Shown one piece after another: positions 14,460-27,723 of a DNA stretch of 64,000 nucleotides (its first letter is position 1; every line of letters starts with the position of its first letter). This stretch comes from Chrysomallon squamiferum (lineage: Eukaryota; Animalia; Mollusca). The stretch is from NCBI GenBank assembly GCA_012295275.1, contig CM022665.1, forward strand, positions 3,906,001 through 3,970,000, in the 5' to 3' direction. The notes below the pieces were generated by a model. It saw nothing but the letters and a program-made list of their open reading frames with translations. It made no database searches and was not told the DNA's origin. Made by a program: the position numbers and the translations under genes.

Positions 14460-15439
14460 CTACATCATCTTGCTCTTTCTTCTGTTGGTGTCAGCTTGAC
14501 CGGGAAAACACGATAGATGTTGAAAATGGAAAGATTACAGTTGAAACCAGCTCATCGATTTTGATTTTTAGACTTAGATAAGGCAAATTAACCTTCTGCA
14601 GTTAAATTAAAATTTAAGAAGAAAGAGAGAAGGAGAAAAGAAAATATGTGAAGAAGAAGAAGAAAAAAGATTAGAAAAGTTATATCTTGTGCTCATGTTC
14701 ATACTTTTGAACTTTAGGAGAAAAACATTGTCACAGCTGATACCAAAGCATCACGTGACACTAAATCTGAAGTATAAGTTTTATAATTAATTGTATTTCA
14801 GAACAGATCAGAACTTTTATTACAGTAATAGACGCAATTAGTGGTATCAGAGTGTGACGTCATCTAAATCACCGATGAGCGGTTATATAGTACACTGACA
14901 CGTATTACATGCCCCAAAAGTTTTAAATAAGATCAGTCGATAAACAGTTTTTAATACAGCGAAAGACTGATGAAGAAATTAATTTTTTTTTTTTTTTTAA
15001 TCAAACTGGATTGCTAATTACATTTATTCAAACACGCCGCACACTTTCTCTGGCGCCTTTTATTTTATTAATACGCATCCATTTAATTCTGCACTTTCAT
15101 CATTTAATCATCTTTCCTGTCTACGTCCCCACCCTCTTTCGTGCCGTAAGGTGATATAATTTGGGGTGCTAACCTTCCAGGAATAGAGCCAAAATAACAC
15201 CTTGCTCTTTAACCTGCACGGCCTTGCTTAGTAAATTAGATAACCATGCACCTGATCACCAGTCATTTTCTTGCAGTTGTCATCACGTTGGTCCCAGCTT
15301 TTCGCCAACAAGCAGGCTGCAGAAACGTGACGAGTGCTGATAGCCGTAATTAATCATTTATATGCAGATGAACACTTCAAAGCCGATCACATCTCGACTT
15401 TCTGTAATGATCGTTGTTCGTTCGGAATTAGTCGACGCC

Positions 15440-15610
15440 TTGACGCAGACCGTTCGTGTTTCTCTCGGTGACATCCGTCAACCAATCAGCGCACAGCGTT
15501 AAAAAAACGGGGCGATAAGAAATGTTATTTTTAGGCTCGCTTCACTTCCGTTTGTAACTCTACATTTCAATTCGTCGTAAAGAAAATCTGCCAAGATGGT
15601 GGTGGTGTTT
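15440..15610. promoter_or_regulatory. Promoter-like motif cluster
   Basis: CCAAT box (AACCAATCAG ~15480), ETS-type CACTTCCG (~15543), YY1-like AAGATGGTGG (~15593) and TGACGCA (~15442) in a CpG-rich stretch. Confidence 0.35.
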
Positions 15611-15795
15611 ATTTTACGGCTTCCCCCTACCGAGAAAGTAACATTTAAAAAAAAATAATAATAATAAAATAGAAGAAATAATGAGTGTCAGTGAACTAAT
15701 GTAGATAATTAAATGATTAAAAAAAGCTATATATGTAAAGTGACGTGTCCTGTTAAAACTTTTGATCATAACTGGATGTAGACTGTATGCATTAC

Positions 15796-15908
<113 letters not shown>

Positions 15909-16660
15909 GAGGATGGGAAAGGAAATTACACTGGGTCTTCTCTCTTTCTCCTTTCTTTTTCTCCTTTCTTTCTGTCTCTGAATAATATTATTACTGTTGT
16001 CATTATTTTATTTATTTTACTGCTGTAGTTTTGCTGTTCTTTTTTTAAATTTATTTTTCATTCCACTTCACCGATATATTTCATTTTCAAAAACTACTTG
16101 TTTGTAGAATATGTAAGCCTCCTGGTTCCAGAGTGACTGGAATCTTTATAATTAGTTCTGCTACAAACACATGACGCCAGGTTTAAATTGGTTTTGGAGA
16201 CATTTTTTGTGTGTGTGTGTGAACAGGTTATGTCCCGGTTTCTTTTTCTTTGTTTCTTCTTCTTCTCTTCTTTTCTTTCTTTCTTTTTTTTTCTTTGATT
16301 TTTATTTATTAATACTGATACCTTTTGTAAGGCTAAATATGTGTGTTTGCTTCTTTATAACAACAATAGCATCAACAATACTAACAATAATTATTACTAT
16401 TACGCTTATTATTAGAATTATTATTTTTGTTGTTATTGTTGATGCTGTTGCTACCGCTTCAATCATGATCATTATCATTTCTGAAAATGGTAAGTTCTGG
16501 CTCTTTTTTAATCTTAAAGCGAAGTAAATGGCAATTAAATTTTAAAGAAAAAAACCCCACGAAAGTCTATATATTATAATTGTTAGATTATAAAATGAAC
16601 CGACTTAAGACATTACTCATATTATTAAATTTTCAATAACAAAGTAAATAATAACAAAAC

Positions 16661-16698
<38 letters not shown>

Positions 16699-17148
16699 AA
16701 AAAAAAATTCATACGCCATTAACATTATTTTTGACACCGTCTTAACCGTAACTTGAACTATTAAACTTCTTGGTTTTTTTAAATTTATTTGTTTAAATCT
16801 CACAGTCTGTTGTCTTTTGTAATTAACACACTTTTTTCTTTTCATAATCCACCCATAAGAGGCTTGCACTTTCTAAACACTGTGAACTTCTTTGCCACGC
16901 ATTCTTTCTCCGTTTATTATAAACAAGAGGATACACATGGCCTCCAAGTGCATCGTAATTAAGCAAATCTGAGTTAGAAGTGTTTTTTCTGGTTACTTCA
17001 CGATGAAAAGACTTTCGGTGAAAAACGTCTCTGCTTTAGGTTAATTGTGTACGTGAGTAAGCTCTTAAGACTTCCGTTATGGTGTACCGTTTTCTGTGTA
17101 ATCCAGCGAGCTTTATTTAAAAATACGTTTCTTGTTTGTAATTTTCAG

Positions 17149-17211
17149 ATTCCAGACTCTCTGCACGGCAGTTAAACGAAGAAACGGTTACAAGCACGCC
17201 AAGCCCAATGG
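17149..17211 (+). other. Candidate distal 63-nt upstream exon (possibly a CELF alternative 5' or N-terminal exon)
   Basis: cttgtttgtaattttcag| ... ATGG|gtgagt; the phase-2 reading FQTLCTAVKRRNGYKHAKPN-G joins in frame to A-ACT-ATG at 51137. No homology support. Confidence 0.4.
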
Positions 17212-17756
17212 GTGAGTCAGTTAATTAATTGATGTCGTTGTGCCAGACAAATGGAAAAGAAGATTTAGACCAGACTTTTGAAAAAAAACACGAAAAAAAA
17301 AAAAAAAAAAAAAAAAAAAAGAATAAAAGACTAAATCCGTCTGTCTGGTGTAGAAAAATGTCCTAAGATCGATTCTTCATATTGACTATTCATATTGATT
17401 TTTTAAAATATATATATATATATTTGTATTTGTATTTTGTACTATTTGTTTTGCACCAAATCTATTAATTCTACGAGAAGTTATCAATCACTGGTCATGA
17501 TATCTGAAAAAAAAACTGCTTTTCGAAATTGTTATTATTTTTGTTAGAAGGAAAAAGCTAATCCAGAAATCTATCTGAAATTAATGAATTAATTTTGGAG
17601 CTTTCAGCGTGCATTAATATTAACAACTAATTAATGTCAAGAGTATGTTTGCATATTAAATTATTTTTTAGGTTTTATCATCTTTTTTTTCCCCTTCTTT
17701 TTTTTTTTTGTCTGAATTTTTTATGTAAGAGAGAAGAAACATGATATCGCCTTGAT

Positions 17757-17870
17757 ATAGGTTACTCTTTCGAACGGCAGCAAAGGATCTTTTATAGGTA
17801 TCTAGCTACAGACATGAAAGCACAAGCCATGGACTGTGATGTACTAGTCATGGCGCATTAGTTAGAATGT
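17757..17870 (-). mobile_element. SINE body fragment (left palindrome arm)
   Basis: ATAGGTTACTCTTTCGAACGGCAGCAAAGGATCTTTTATA is shared with the copies at 38.5 kb and 29.6 kb. Confidence 0.65.
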
Positions 17871-20054
17871 TCAACAGTCCAGACACTTCACAAAGAAAGA
17901 CCAATGACACTTCATTCTGATCATTATTCAGTACAGTTCGCTCTAAAGATATACACATGCAAATGTAAAAGTTAATCAGTAAAAAAAAAAAAAAGTAATA
18001 CGTATTTATACATATTTATATATCCACACACGCTTATACATATGCATAACTACACTACAACGTACGCACACGCACGTACACACACGTATGATATGCATAT
18101 GAATATGATTTATGATAAATTTAATTTAAAGACCGGAGAAAATGGTCTGTTCTTTCAGTTATAAAGATTTTCGTCTTGCACCTTAAATCTAAACTTTAAA
18201 CAATAAATTACAGAACAAAGAACAGGTTTCTCTTTAGGAAAGGTGTTTATTAACAACAATATTTCTGTGTGAAATCTGTTATGTGTTACAAATAAAACAG
18301 TGCTCGAGATATCTAGATAACTAACTGTTTTACAACGACAATATTAACAATAAAACTAAATAAAACTTTAATCCCCTAGTCCACAATGTTTCATTTTTCA
18401 AATTAATGGCACTCCATGTGGACCAGACACAAATCGACCATCACGGCTAATACTACCCCTTTGTGTCATCAGCCCAAATTTTCCTAAATTTGTTTACGTC
18501 ATCAAAACACAGTTTTAAAATGAAACGAATAATGGCCATTATCTTTAGTGCCTGGAATGCTTTCGACCGTGCACCAAAAACGGCGAAAGGTGCATTAAAT
18601 TTAAGTATCACAAATCATCGACTTTTAAATTCCTGGGCCCGTTTCCATTAACAGACATCCACCTAAATGTGAACGCCAACCGTATGGTCAGCTCTCCCAT
18701 CTCGTTATTTGGCCAGACGCTAAGTCCACTGTGGTCGCTGTTGTTTCTGCTTATTGACGCGACAAACTGGCCTTTTCAGATGAAGCCGCGACCATAAAAG
18801 ACGTTCTGTAAACACGCAAAACCAGGCATTAAATCAGTGAAAGGAGTTTTATTGATTTATTCTAAACGGTGGGATAAATCTGAACGGCAGTATAGTGTTC
18901 AATCTATGGAGAATTAAACCTTAGTTTATGAGGTTCTTGTCGTGTACTGGAGGTAACCGCTTTGTGTAGATGGCGCTGATGTTAAGTATTTCCTTCTGTC
19001 GCCGAGTTCTTTTCTGTACGTCATGCAGTTTGATGATTTATTTCGCGTCTGAAGTCGCTCTTAAAGGCGGAACTGTTTTCAATTGGTACTTTTACAAGAT
19101 GTCGTAGTTTCCTTCCTGTGTAGATGGTTTAATATATAAGATCGTGAATTGTTTATGGCTTCTCAAAGAAAGTAATCAAATTTTAATAATGATTACTCTT
19201 CGAATAGGTTTAAAATAGAAAAATAAGTCAGATAGTAAAACGAAGCAGAATAAAGAATTTAGGAGTAAAGCAGCAAGTACCCATAAACGGGAATTTTAGG
19301 TGAACGCTCTGTAGCAATGTTTGAATGTTCCACTCAAAACGTATGTATGTATGTATGTATGTATGTATGTATGTATGTATGTGTGTATATGTTTGTGTAT
19401 GGATATATATGTGTGTGTGCGTATGTGAGTCTAAGATATATAACAGCAGATGAATCGCAAGACTTGATGTGGCTAAATTTCTATTTTCTCTTTATTTTAT
19501 TTCTGCCGTCGTTACCTTTGTAACACATGACATTTAAACGTCAGTCTACGTCAGAATGATCACATTCAGATATTAGAAAGTAATTACTTTTGAGCGACCT
19601 ATGAGAACAGAGCACGTACATTTTGTATGACAGTTTTTCGATTATGACTGTCTGGACTCTGTTCATAATTCACTGTGTCAGGTTTTTAGAATTCATCAGT
19701 ATAATATTATAAATTATATTATGAATCTGATGCATTACTTTCATTTTTCGTTTCCTTATATATCCGTCCGTACATACATAAATCACTTAATGTGTCAGTA
19801 TGTCTGTCTGTCTGTCTGTCTATCTATGTATCTAAAGGTTTGTGTTGTTTCAGACACTAGACGACAGAATAATTCTTCTCCTTTTTATTACTTTTAAATC
19901 GTCTTACAAAAAGGAATATAATAATAATAATAATAATAATAACAATTAATAATAACTAGTAAATAAATAAAAAGTATGCATTTTCAGCTAAGCAATGAGC
20001 CAACAGCTAAACCGAGATGTGTGTGTATGTATGTATGTGTGTGTGTGTGTGTGT

Positions 20055-20103
<49 letters not shown>

Positions 20104-20139
20104 TGTGCGTGTGTGTGTGTGTGTGTGTGTGTGCAAAAA

Positions 20140-20480
20140 TAATATAGTCAAAAATAAGTTACGTTACAAAAACAATATTGTAGTCAAAAATAAGTTATGT
20201 TACAAAAACAGGAACGAAGTCAAAAATAAGTTACGTTACCAAAACAATACTGTAGTCAAAAATAAGTTGTGTTTGAAAAACAGGAACGTAGTCAAAAATA
20301 AGTTATGTTTCAAAAGCAGTAATGTACTCAAAATAAGTTGTATTACAAAACAAGAATGTAGACAAAAATTTGTTTATGCTACAAAAAAAAAAAAAAAAAA
20401 ATTAACGTAACCAAAAATAAGTTATGCTACAAAAACGACAATGCACTGAAAAATAAGTTACGTTACCGAAACAAAAATAA
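20140..20480 (+). repeat. 36-bp minisatellite, ~9 units (TAGTCAAAAATAAGTTACGTTACAAAAACAATATTG-like)
   Basis: AAAATAAGTT recurs at 20151, 20187, 20223, 20259, 20295, 20330, 20414 and 20450. Confidence 0.92.
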
Positions 20481-22428
20481 CTGTACAAAAAGCCTTAAAT
20501 CACTTTTCTTTCTTTCTATTCTTCTTCTTTTTTATGATGCAACTCTACAGGTATGTCATTGTTTAGACTTAAGAAAATTACCTCTTGGACAGCTTATCCA
20601 TTTCCCCGACAGCACATCTATATATTTCTGTCTACAGGTCTATCTGCACAGAGATCTACAGTGTTAAAACGCGATGGTTTTGTCTTCGCGTTCTGACAAA
20701 CTGATGAACCGAGCTTTTTCTATTCTTTTTTTTTCCCCCGTTTTGATTCGTTCTGAATGTATACAGCCGAATGGATGAATAAATGAATGCGAATCGACAT
20801 GTTTAATATTATCTGTCTTATGTTTCTTATACAATGATAAAACGAGTTAGATTTTTTTTTTGGCTACACTAAGCAGTTAAGTATTAATAACTTGAACCTT
20901 CTCATAGAAAGGAAAACACACTCTTAGGGCTGTGTTCGACCAAGTTCACTTAAACGGAAAAGTCACGATGCACGTATTACGTGTTGTTTAAGAATGACAG
21001 TGATAAAAACATAAATACAAACTGTGTCAGTGTGTGTGTGTGTGTGTGTGGCCACGAACAGTAGTCACATCACATGTCGCGAATTAGACATGCTTATATC
21101 AATTTGCGTGAACCTTTGTCACAGTGTCGTTTTAAAAAGAATACTATACGTTTCAGTAACGCGATTATTACCGATGTTGGAAACGGTATCTCTCTGGGGA
21201 AAATTGCGTTATCTGTCGCCATTAACGAAATAAAACTGACAGGGCAGTTCTGCGTTATTTAGTTAATACGTAATTTCAATGCACCGCGCGGTCATTCGTG
21301 CCTGCCCGAATCTCAGTTACCGAATGTCGTCCCAGCATCCACTCGGAAACCAGCGGGCTAAGCCCCGCAGCAAGCAGAAAACACGATAATGTCATTTCAC
21401 GTTCGTGTTTTCGTGTACTCTGGATATACTTTACTTCATGCCTTGTTGAGAGATGTCCGTGAGGCGAAAGATAACTCGAGTTTCTTATCGTTTTATATCT
21501 TTTTAAAGCGATGTAGGTTGTTTAGCGGCGGCGACAAGATTGGTGTATGTGTGTGTGTGTGTGTGTGAGTGTGTGTGTGTGTGTGTGTGTTTGTTTGTGT
21601 GTGTGTTTTTGTGTGTGGTTTTTTCCCCACTGAAACGAGATGTGGGGTAAATGGAGAATTGCCCACAATCTACAGTATTGCAGATTCGGTCCGTCTGATT
21701 TGACCTGTTAAATTAACATTTCGTTTGAAGTCATTTCTCTGTACATGTACGGATGTCTCTGTTTTTAAGTATCAAAGAAACTTGATAGGCACTGAGGTAG
21801 ATAGAAAGACAGATATACGTTGGTATACAGATAAGTACACAAGTAGACAGACAGGTTGTCTGATAGTTATATACGTACGTAAGTAGATATGTATGTTGTT
21901 CGTACGTTCTCGTGCAGTAGATAGGTAGTTGTGGTAACAGTAGTAGTAATGCCGAAGGAGGCGGTGTTACGATGATAACGTCAACAGCAACATCGTATAT
22001 GAATCAGATGTCAGAAATATCATATAAACTTCACTGCTAATGACACAAGTCCTTTGATAAATGAAAACACTACGTTACAGCTATTTCTTTTGTTTCTCTG
22101 TCAACATTCTTACCGTTGTTCTTACTGTCCACCGCCCTAAAGGTGTAATTATCTGTCGTTTCACTGACTGAAGAAGACTGATCGCTTTTTTTTTTTTTTT
22201 AATGAGGTCACGGACCTTGATGTCGTTTAGAAGGAGATCTTCATTTTTGTACAGCGAGTTTTAAAAACAATCATTTTTACGAAATACGTACGTAAATGGA
22301 AAAATCTTTAGATAATATTTTTCAAAAATAAATCAACAAACGTAAAATTTAAGATGAATACTACTACTTATGTAATTGTACTACTACTACAACGTCTACT
22401 ACTGCTATTACTACTACTACTACTAATG

Positions 22429-22461
<33 letters not shown>

Positions 22462-22524
22462 TAGAAAAAAAAATCTTTAATCTTTAATCTTTAATATTTT
22501 GACTTCTTTTGATTTTTTTTTCTA

Positions 22525-22557
<33 letters not shown>

Positions 22558-23395
22558 CATTAGTAGTAGTAGTAGTAATAGCAGTAGTAGACGTTGTAGT
22601 AGTAGTACAATTACATAAGTAGTAGTATTCATCTTAAATTTTACGTTTGTTCATTTATTTTTGAAAAATATTATCTAAAGATTTTTCCATTTACGTACGT
22701 ATTTCGTAAAAATGATTGTTTTTAAAACTCGCTGTACAAAAATGAAGATCTCCTTCTAAACGACATCAAGGTCCGTGACCTCATTAAAAAAAAAAAAAAA
22801 GCGATCAGTCTTCTTCAGTCAGTGAAACGACAGATAATTACACCTTTAGGGCGGTGGACAGTAAAGAACAACGGTAAGAATGTTGACAGAGAAACAAAAG
22901 AAATAGCTGTAACGTAGTGTTTTCATTTATCAAAGGACTTGTGTCATTAGCAGTGAAGTTTATATGATATTTCTGACATCTGATTCATATACGATGTTGC
23001 TGTTGACGTTATCATCGTAACACCGCCTCCTTCGGCATTACTACTACTGTTACCACAACTACCTATCTACTGCACGAGAACGTACGAACAACATACATAT
23101 CTACTTACGTACGTATATAACTATCAGACAACCTGTCTGTCTACTTGTGTACTTATCTGTATACCAACGTATATCTGTCTTTCTATCTACCTCTGTGCCT
23201 ATCCAGTTTCTTTGATACTTAAAAACAGAGACATCCGTACATGTACAGAGAAATGACTTCAAACGAAATGTTAATTTAACAGGTCAAATCAGACGGACCG
23301 AATCTGCAATACTGTAGATTGTGGGCAATTCTCCATTTACCCCACATCTCGTTTCAGTGGGGAAAAAATACCACACACAAACACACACACACAAA

Positions 23396-23443
<48 letters not shown>

Positions 23444-24539
23444 AATCTTGTCGCCGCCGCTAAACAACCTACATCGCTTTAAAAAGATATAAAACGATAA
23501 GAAACTCGAGTTATCTTTCGCCTCACGGACATCTCTCAACAAGGCATGAAGTAAAGTATATCCAGAGTACACGAAAACACGAACGTGAAATGACATTATC
23601 GTGTTTTCTGCTTGCTGCGGGGCTTAGCCCGCTGGTTTCCGAGTGGATGCTGGGACGACATTCGGTAACTGAGATTCGGGCAGGCACGAATGACCGCGCG
23701 GTGCATTGAAATTACGTATTAACTAAATAACGCAGAACTGCCCTGTCAGTTTTATTTCGTTAATGGCGACAGATAACGCAATTTTCCCCAGAGAGATACC
23801 GTTTCCAACATCGGTAATAATTGCGTTACTGAAACGTATAGTATTCTTTTTAAAACGACACTGTGACAAAGGTTCACGCAAATTGATATAAGCATGTCTA
23901 ATTCGCGACATGTGATGTGACTACTGTTCGTGGCCACACACGCACACACACACACACAGACACACACATTCACACACTGACACAGTTTGTATTTATGTTT
24001 TATCGAAAATCCGGTCATCACTGTCATTCTTAAACAACACGTAATACGTGCATCATGACCTTTCCGTTTTATAAGTGAACTTGGTCGAACACAGCCCTAA
24101 GTGTGTGTTTTCCTTTCTATGAGAAGGTTCAAGTTATTAATACTTAACTGCTTAGTGTAGCAAAAAATTTTTTAACTCGTTTTATCATTGTATAAGAAAC
24201 ATACGACAGATAATATTAAAAATGTCGATTCGCATTCATTTATTCATCCATTCGGCTGTATACATTCAGAACAAATCAAAACGGAAGAAAAAAAAAGAAC
24301 AGAAAAAGCTCGGTTCATCAGTTTGTCAGAACGCGAAGACAAAACCATCGCGTTTTAACACTGTAGATCTCTGTGCAGATAGACTTGTAGACAGAAATAT
24401 ATAGATGTGCTGTCGGGGAAATGGATAAGCTGTCCAAGAGGTAATTTTCTTAAGTCTAAACAATGACATACCTGTAGAGTTGCATCATAAAAAAGAAAAA
24501 GAAAAGAAAGAAAGAAAAGTGATTTAAGGCTTTTTGTAC

Positions 24540-24880
24540 AGTTATTTTTGTTTCGGTAACGTAACTTATTTTTCAGTGCATTGTCGTTTTTGTAGCATAA
24601 CTTATTTTTGGTTACGTTCATTTTTTTTTTTTTTTTTTGTAGCATAAACTAATTTTTGTCTACATTCTTGTTTTGTAATACAACTTATTTTGAGTACATT
24701 ACTGCTTTTGAAACATAACTTATTTTTGACTACGTTCCTGTTTTTCAAACACAACTTATTTTTGACTACAGTATTGTTTTTGTAACGTAACTTATTTTTG
24801 ATTTCGTTCCTGTTTTTGTAACATAACTTATTTTTGACTACAATATTGTTTTTGTAACGTAACTTATTTTTGACTATATT
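24540..24880 (-). repeat. Inverted copy of the 36-bp minisatellite in the right palindrome arm
   Basis: AACTTATTTT recurs with ~36-bp period and mirrors 20140-20480. Confidence 0.92.
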
Positions 24881-25079
24881 ATTTTTGCACACACACACAC
24901 ACACACACACACAGAGAGACAGACACACACACGCACACACACACACAGACACATACACACAGACACAGACACAGACACACACACACATACATACATACAC
25001 ACACATCTCGGTTTTACTGATGTTGGTTCATTGCTTAGCTGAAAATGCATACTTTTTATGTATTTACTAATTATTATTA

Positions 25080-25128
<49 letters not shown>

Positions 25129-27159
25129 TCCTTTTTGTAAGACGATTTAAAAGTAATAAAAAGGAGAAGAATTATTCTGTCGTCTAGTGTCTGAAACCTT
25201 TAGATACATAGATAGACAGACAGACAGACAGACATACTGACACATTAAGTGATTTATGTATGTACGGACGGATATATAAGGAAACGAAAAATGAAAATAA
25301 TGCATCAGATTCATAATATAATTTATAATATTATACTGATGAATTCTAAAAACCTGACACAGTGAATTATGAACAGAGTCCAGACAGTCATAATCGAAAA
25401 ACTGTCATACAAAATGTACGTGCTCTGTTCTCATAGGTCGCTCAAAAGTAATTACTTTCTAATATCTGAATGTGATCATTCTGACGTAGACTGACGTTTA
25501 AATGTCATGTGTTACAAAGGTAACGACGGCAGAAATAAAATAAAGAGAAAATAGAAATTTAGCCACATCAAGTATTGCGATTCATCTGCTGTTATATATC
25601 TTAGACTCACATACGCACACACACATATATATCCATACACAAACATATACACACACACACACATACATACATACATACATACATACATACGTTTTGAGTG
25701 GAACAGGCAAAAATTGCTACAGAGCATTCACCTAAAATTCCCGTTTATGGGTACTTGCTGCTTTACTCCTAAATTCTTTATTCTGCTTCGTTTTACTATC
25801 TGACTTATTTTTCTATTTTAAACCTATTCGAAGAGTAATCATTATTAAAATTTGATTACTTTCTTTGAGAAGCCATAAACAATTCACGATCTTATATATT
25901 AAACCATCTACACAGGAAGGAAACTACGACATCTTGTAAAAGTACCAATTGAAAACAGTTCCGCCTTTAAGAGCGACTTCAGACGCGAAATAAATCATCA
26001 AACTGCATGACGTACAGAAAAGAACTCGGCGACAGAAGGAAATACTTAACATCAGCGCCATCTACACAAAGCGGTTACCTCCAGTACACGACAAGAACCT
26101 CATAAACTAAGGTTTAATTCTCCATAGATTGAACACTATACTGCCGTTCAGATTTATCCCACCGTTTAGAATAAATCAATAAAACTCCTTTCACTGATTT
26201 AATGCCTGGTTTTGCGTGTTTACAGAACGTCTTTTATGGTCGCGGCTTCATCTGAAAAGGCCAGTTTGTCGCGTCAATAAGCAGAAACAACAGCGACCAC
26301 AGTGGACTTAGCGTCTGGCCAAATAACGAGATGGGAGAGCTGACCATACGGTTGGCGTTCACATTTAGGTGGATGTCTGTTAATGGAAGTGGGCCCAGGA
26401 ATTTAAAAGTCGATGATTTGTGATACTTAAATTTAATGCACCTTCCGCCGTTTTTGGTGCACGGTCGAAAGCATTCCAGGCACTAAAGATAATGGCCATT
26501 ATTCGTTTCATTTTAAAACTGTGTTTTGATGACGTAAACAAATTTAGGAAAATTTGGGCTGATGACACAAAGGGGTAGTATTAGCCGTGATGGTCGATTT
26601 GTGACTGGTCCACATGGAGTGCCATTAATTTGAAAAATGAAACATTGTGGACTAGGGGGTTAAAGTTTTATTTAGCTTTATTGTTAATATTGTCGTTGTA
26701 AAACAGTTAGTTATCTAGATATCTCGAGCACTGTTTTATTTGTAACACATAACAGATTTCACACTGAAATATTGTTGTTAATAAACACCTTTCCTAAAGA
26801 GAAAACTGTTCTTTGTTCTGTAAGATAATGTATAAAGTTTAGATTTAAGGTTAAAGACGAAATTCTTTATAACTGAAAGAACAGACCAGTTTCTGCGATC
26901 TTTAAATTAAATTTATCATAAATCATATTTGTATGCATATCATACGTGTGTGTACGTGCGTGTGCGTACGTTGTAGTGTAGTTATGCATATGTATAAGCG
27001 TGTGTGGATATATAAATATGTATAAATGTGTATTACTTTTTTTTTTTTTACTGATTAACTTTTACATTTACATGTGTATATCTTTAGAGCGAACTGTGCT
27101 GAATAATGATCAGAATGAACTGTCATTGGTCCTTCTTTGAGAAGTCTCTGGACTGTTGA

Positions 27160-27273
27160 ACATTCTAACTAATGCGCCATGACTAGTACATCACAGTCCA
27201 TGGCTTGTGCTTTCATGTCTGTAGCTAGATACCTATAAAAGATCCTTTGCTGCCGTTCGAAAGAGTAACCTAT
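27160..27273 (+). mobile_element. SINE body fragment (right palindrome arm)
   Basis: Mirror of 17757-17870. Confidence 0.65.
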
Positions 27274-27617
27274 ATCAAGGCGATATCATGTTTCTTCTCT
27301 CTTACATAAAAAATTCAGACAATAAAAAAAAAAAAAAAGAAGGGGGAAAAAAAAGATGATAAAACCTAAAAAATAATTTAATATGCAAACATACTCTTGA
27401 CATTAATTAGTTGTTAATATTAATACACGCTGAAAGCTCCAAAATTAATTCATTAATTTCAGATAGATTTCTGGATTAGCTTTTTCCTTCTAACAAAAAT
27501 AATAACAATTTCGAAAAGCAGTTTTTTTTTTCAGATATCATGACCACGGGGGGGGGGAGAAGAAGCACCCTTTAACACAAAAGTGAACCCATTACCTACA
27601 TTTTTATATATAATTGA

Positions 27618-27723
<106 letters not shown>

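Larger units (their letters stand above)
17492..22475 (+). repeat. Left arm of a ~10-kb palindrome (inverted duplication)
   Basis: Reverse complement of 22511-27546; mirrored ORFs 18463..18651(+)/26380..26568(-) and 21074..21262(+)/23723..23911(-); outer end TGGTCATGATATCTG. Confidence 0.98.
22511..27546 (-). repeat. Right arm of a ~10-kb palindrome (inverted duplication)
   Basis: Starts GATTTTTTTTTCTAATTTA (complement of the left-arm end) and ends CAGATATCATGACCA; 35-bp spacer at 22476-22510. Confidence 0.98.

Noticed and set aside
19976-20410. 144-aa repeat-protein ORF and its mirror at 24602..25006
   Set aside because: Built from (GT)n plus a 36-bp minisatellite; the two copies differ in start and end, consistent with non-coding repeats.
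20140-20480. CRISPR-like regularly spaced repeat
   Set aside because: The whole 36-bp unit is homologous with no unique spacers; eukaryotic context and no cas genes.
17492-27546. Palindrome as a foldback/MITE/DNA transposon with giant TIRs
   Set aside because: No target-site duplication in the flanks (ATCAC| ... |CGGGG), no transposase and no modular subterminal repeats; the arms look like ordinary host DNA.
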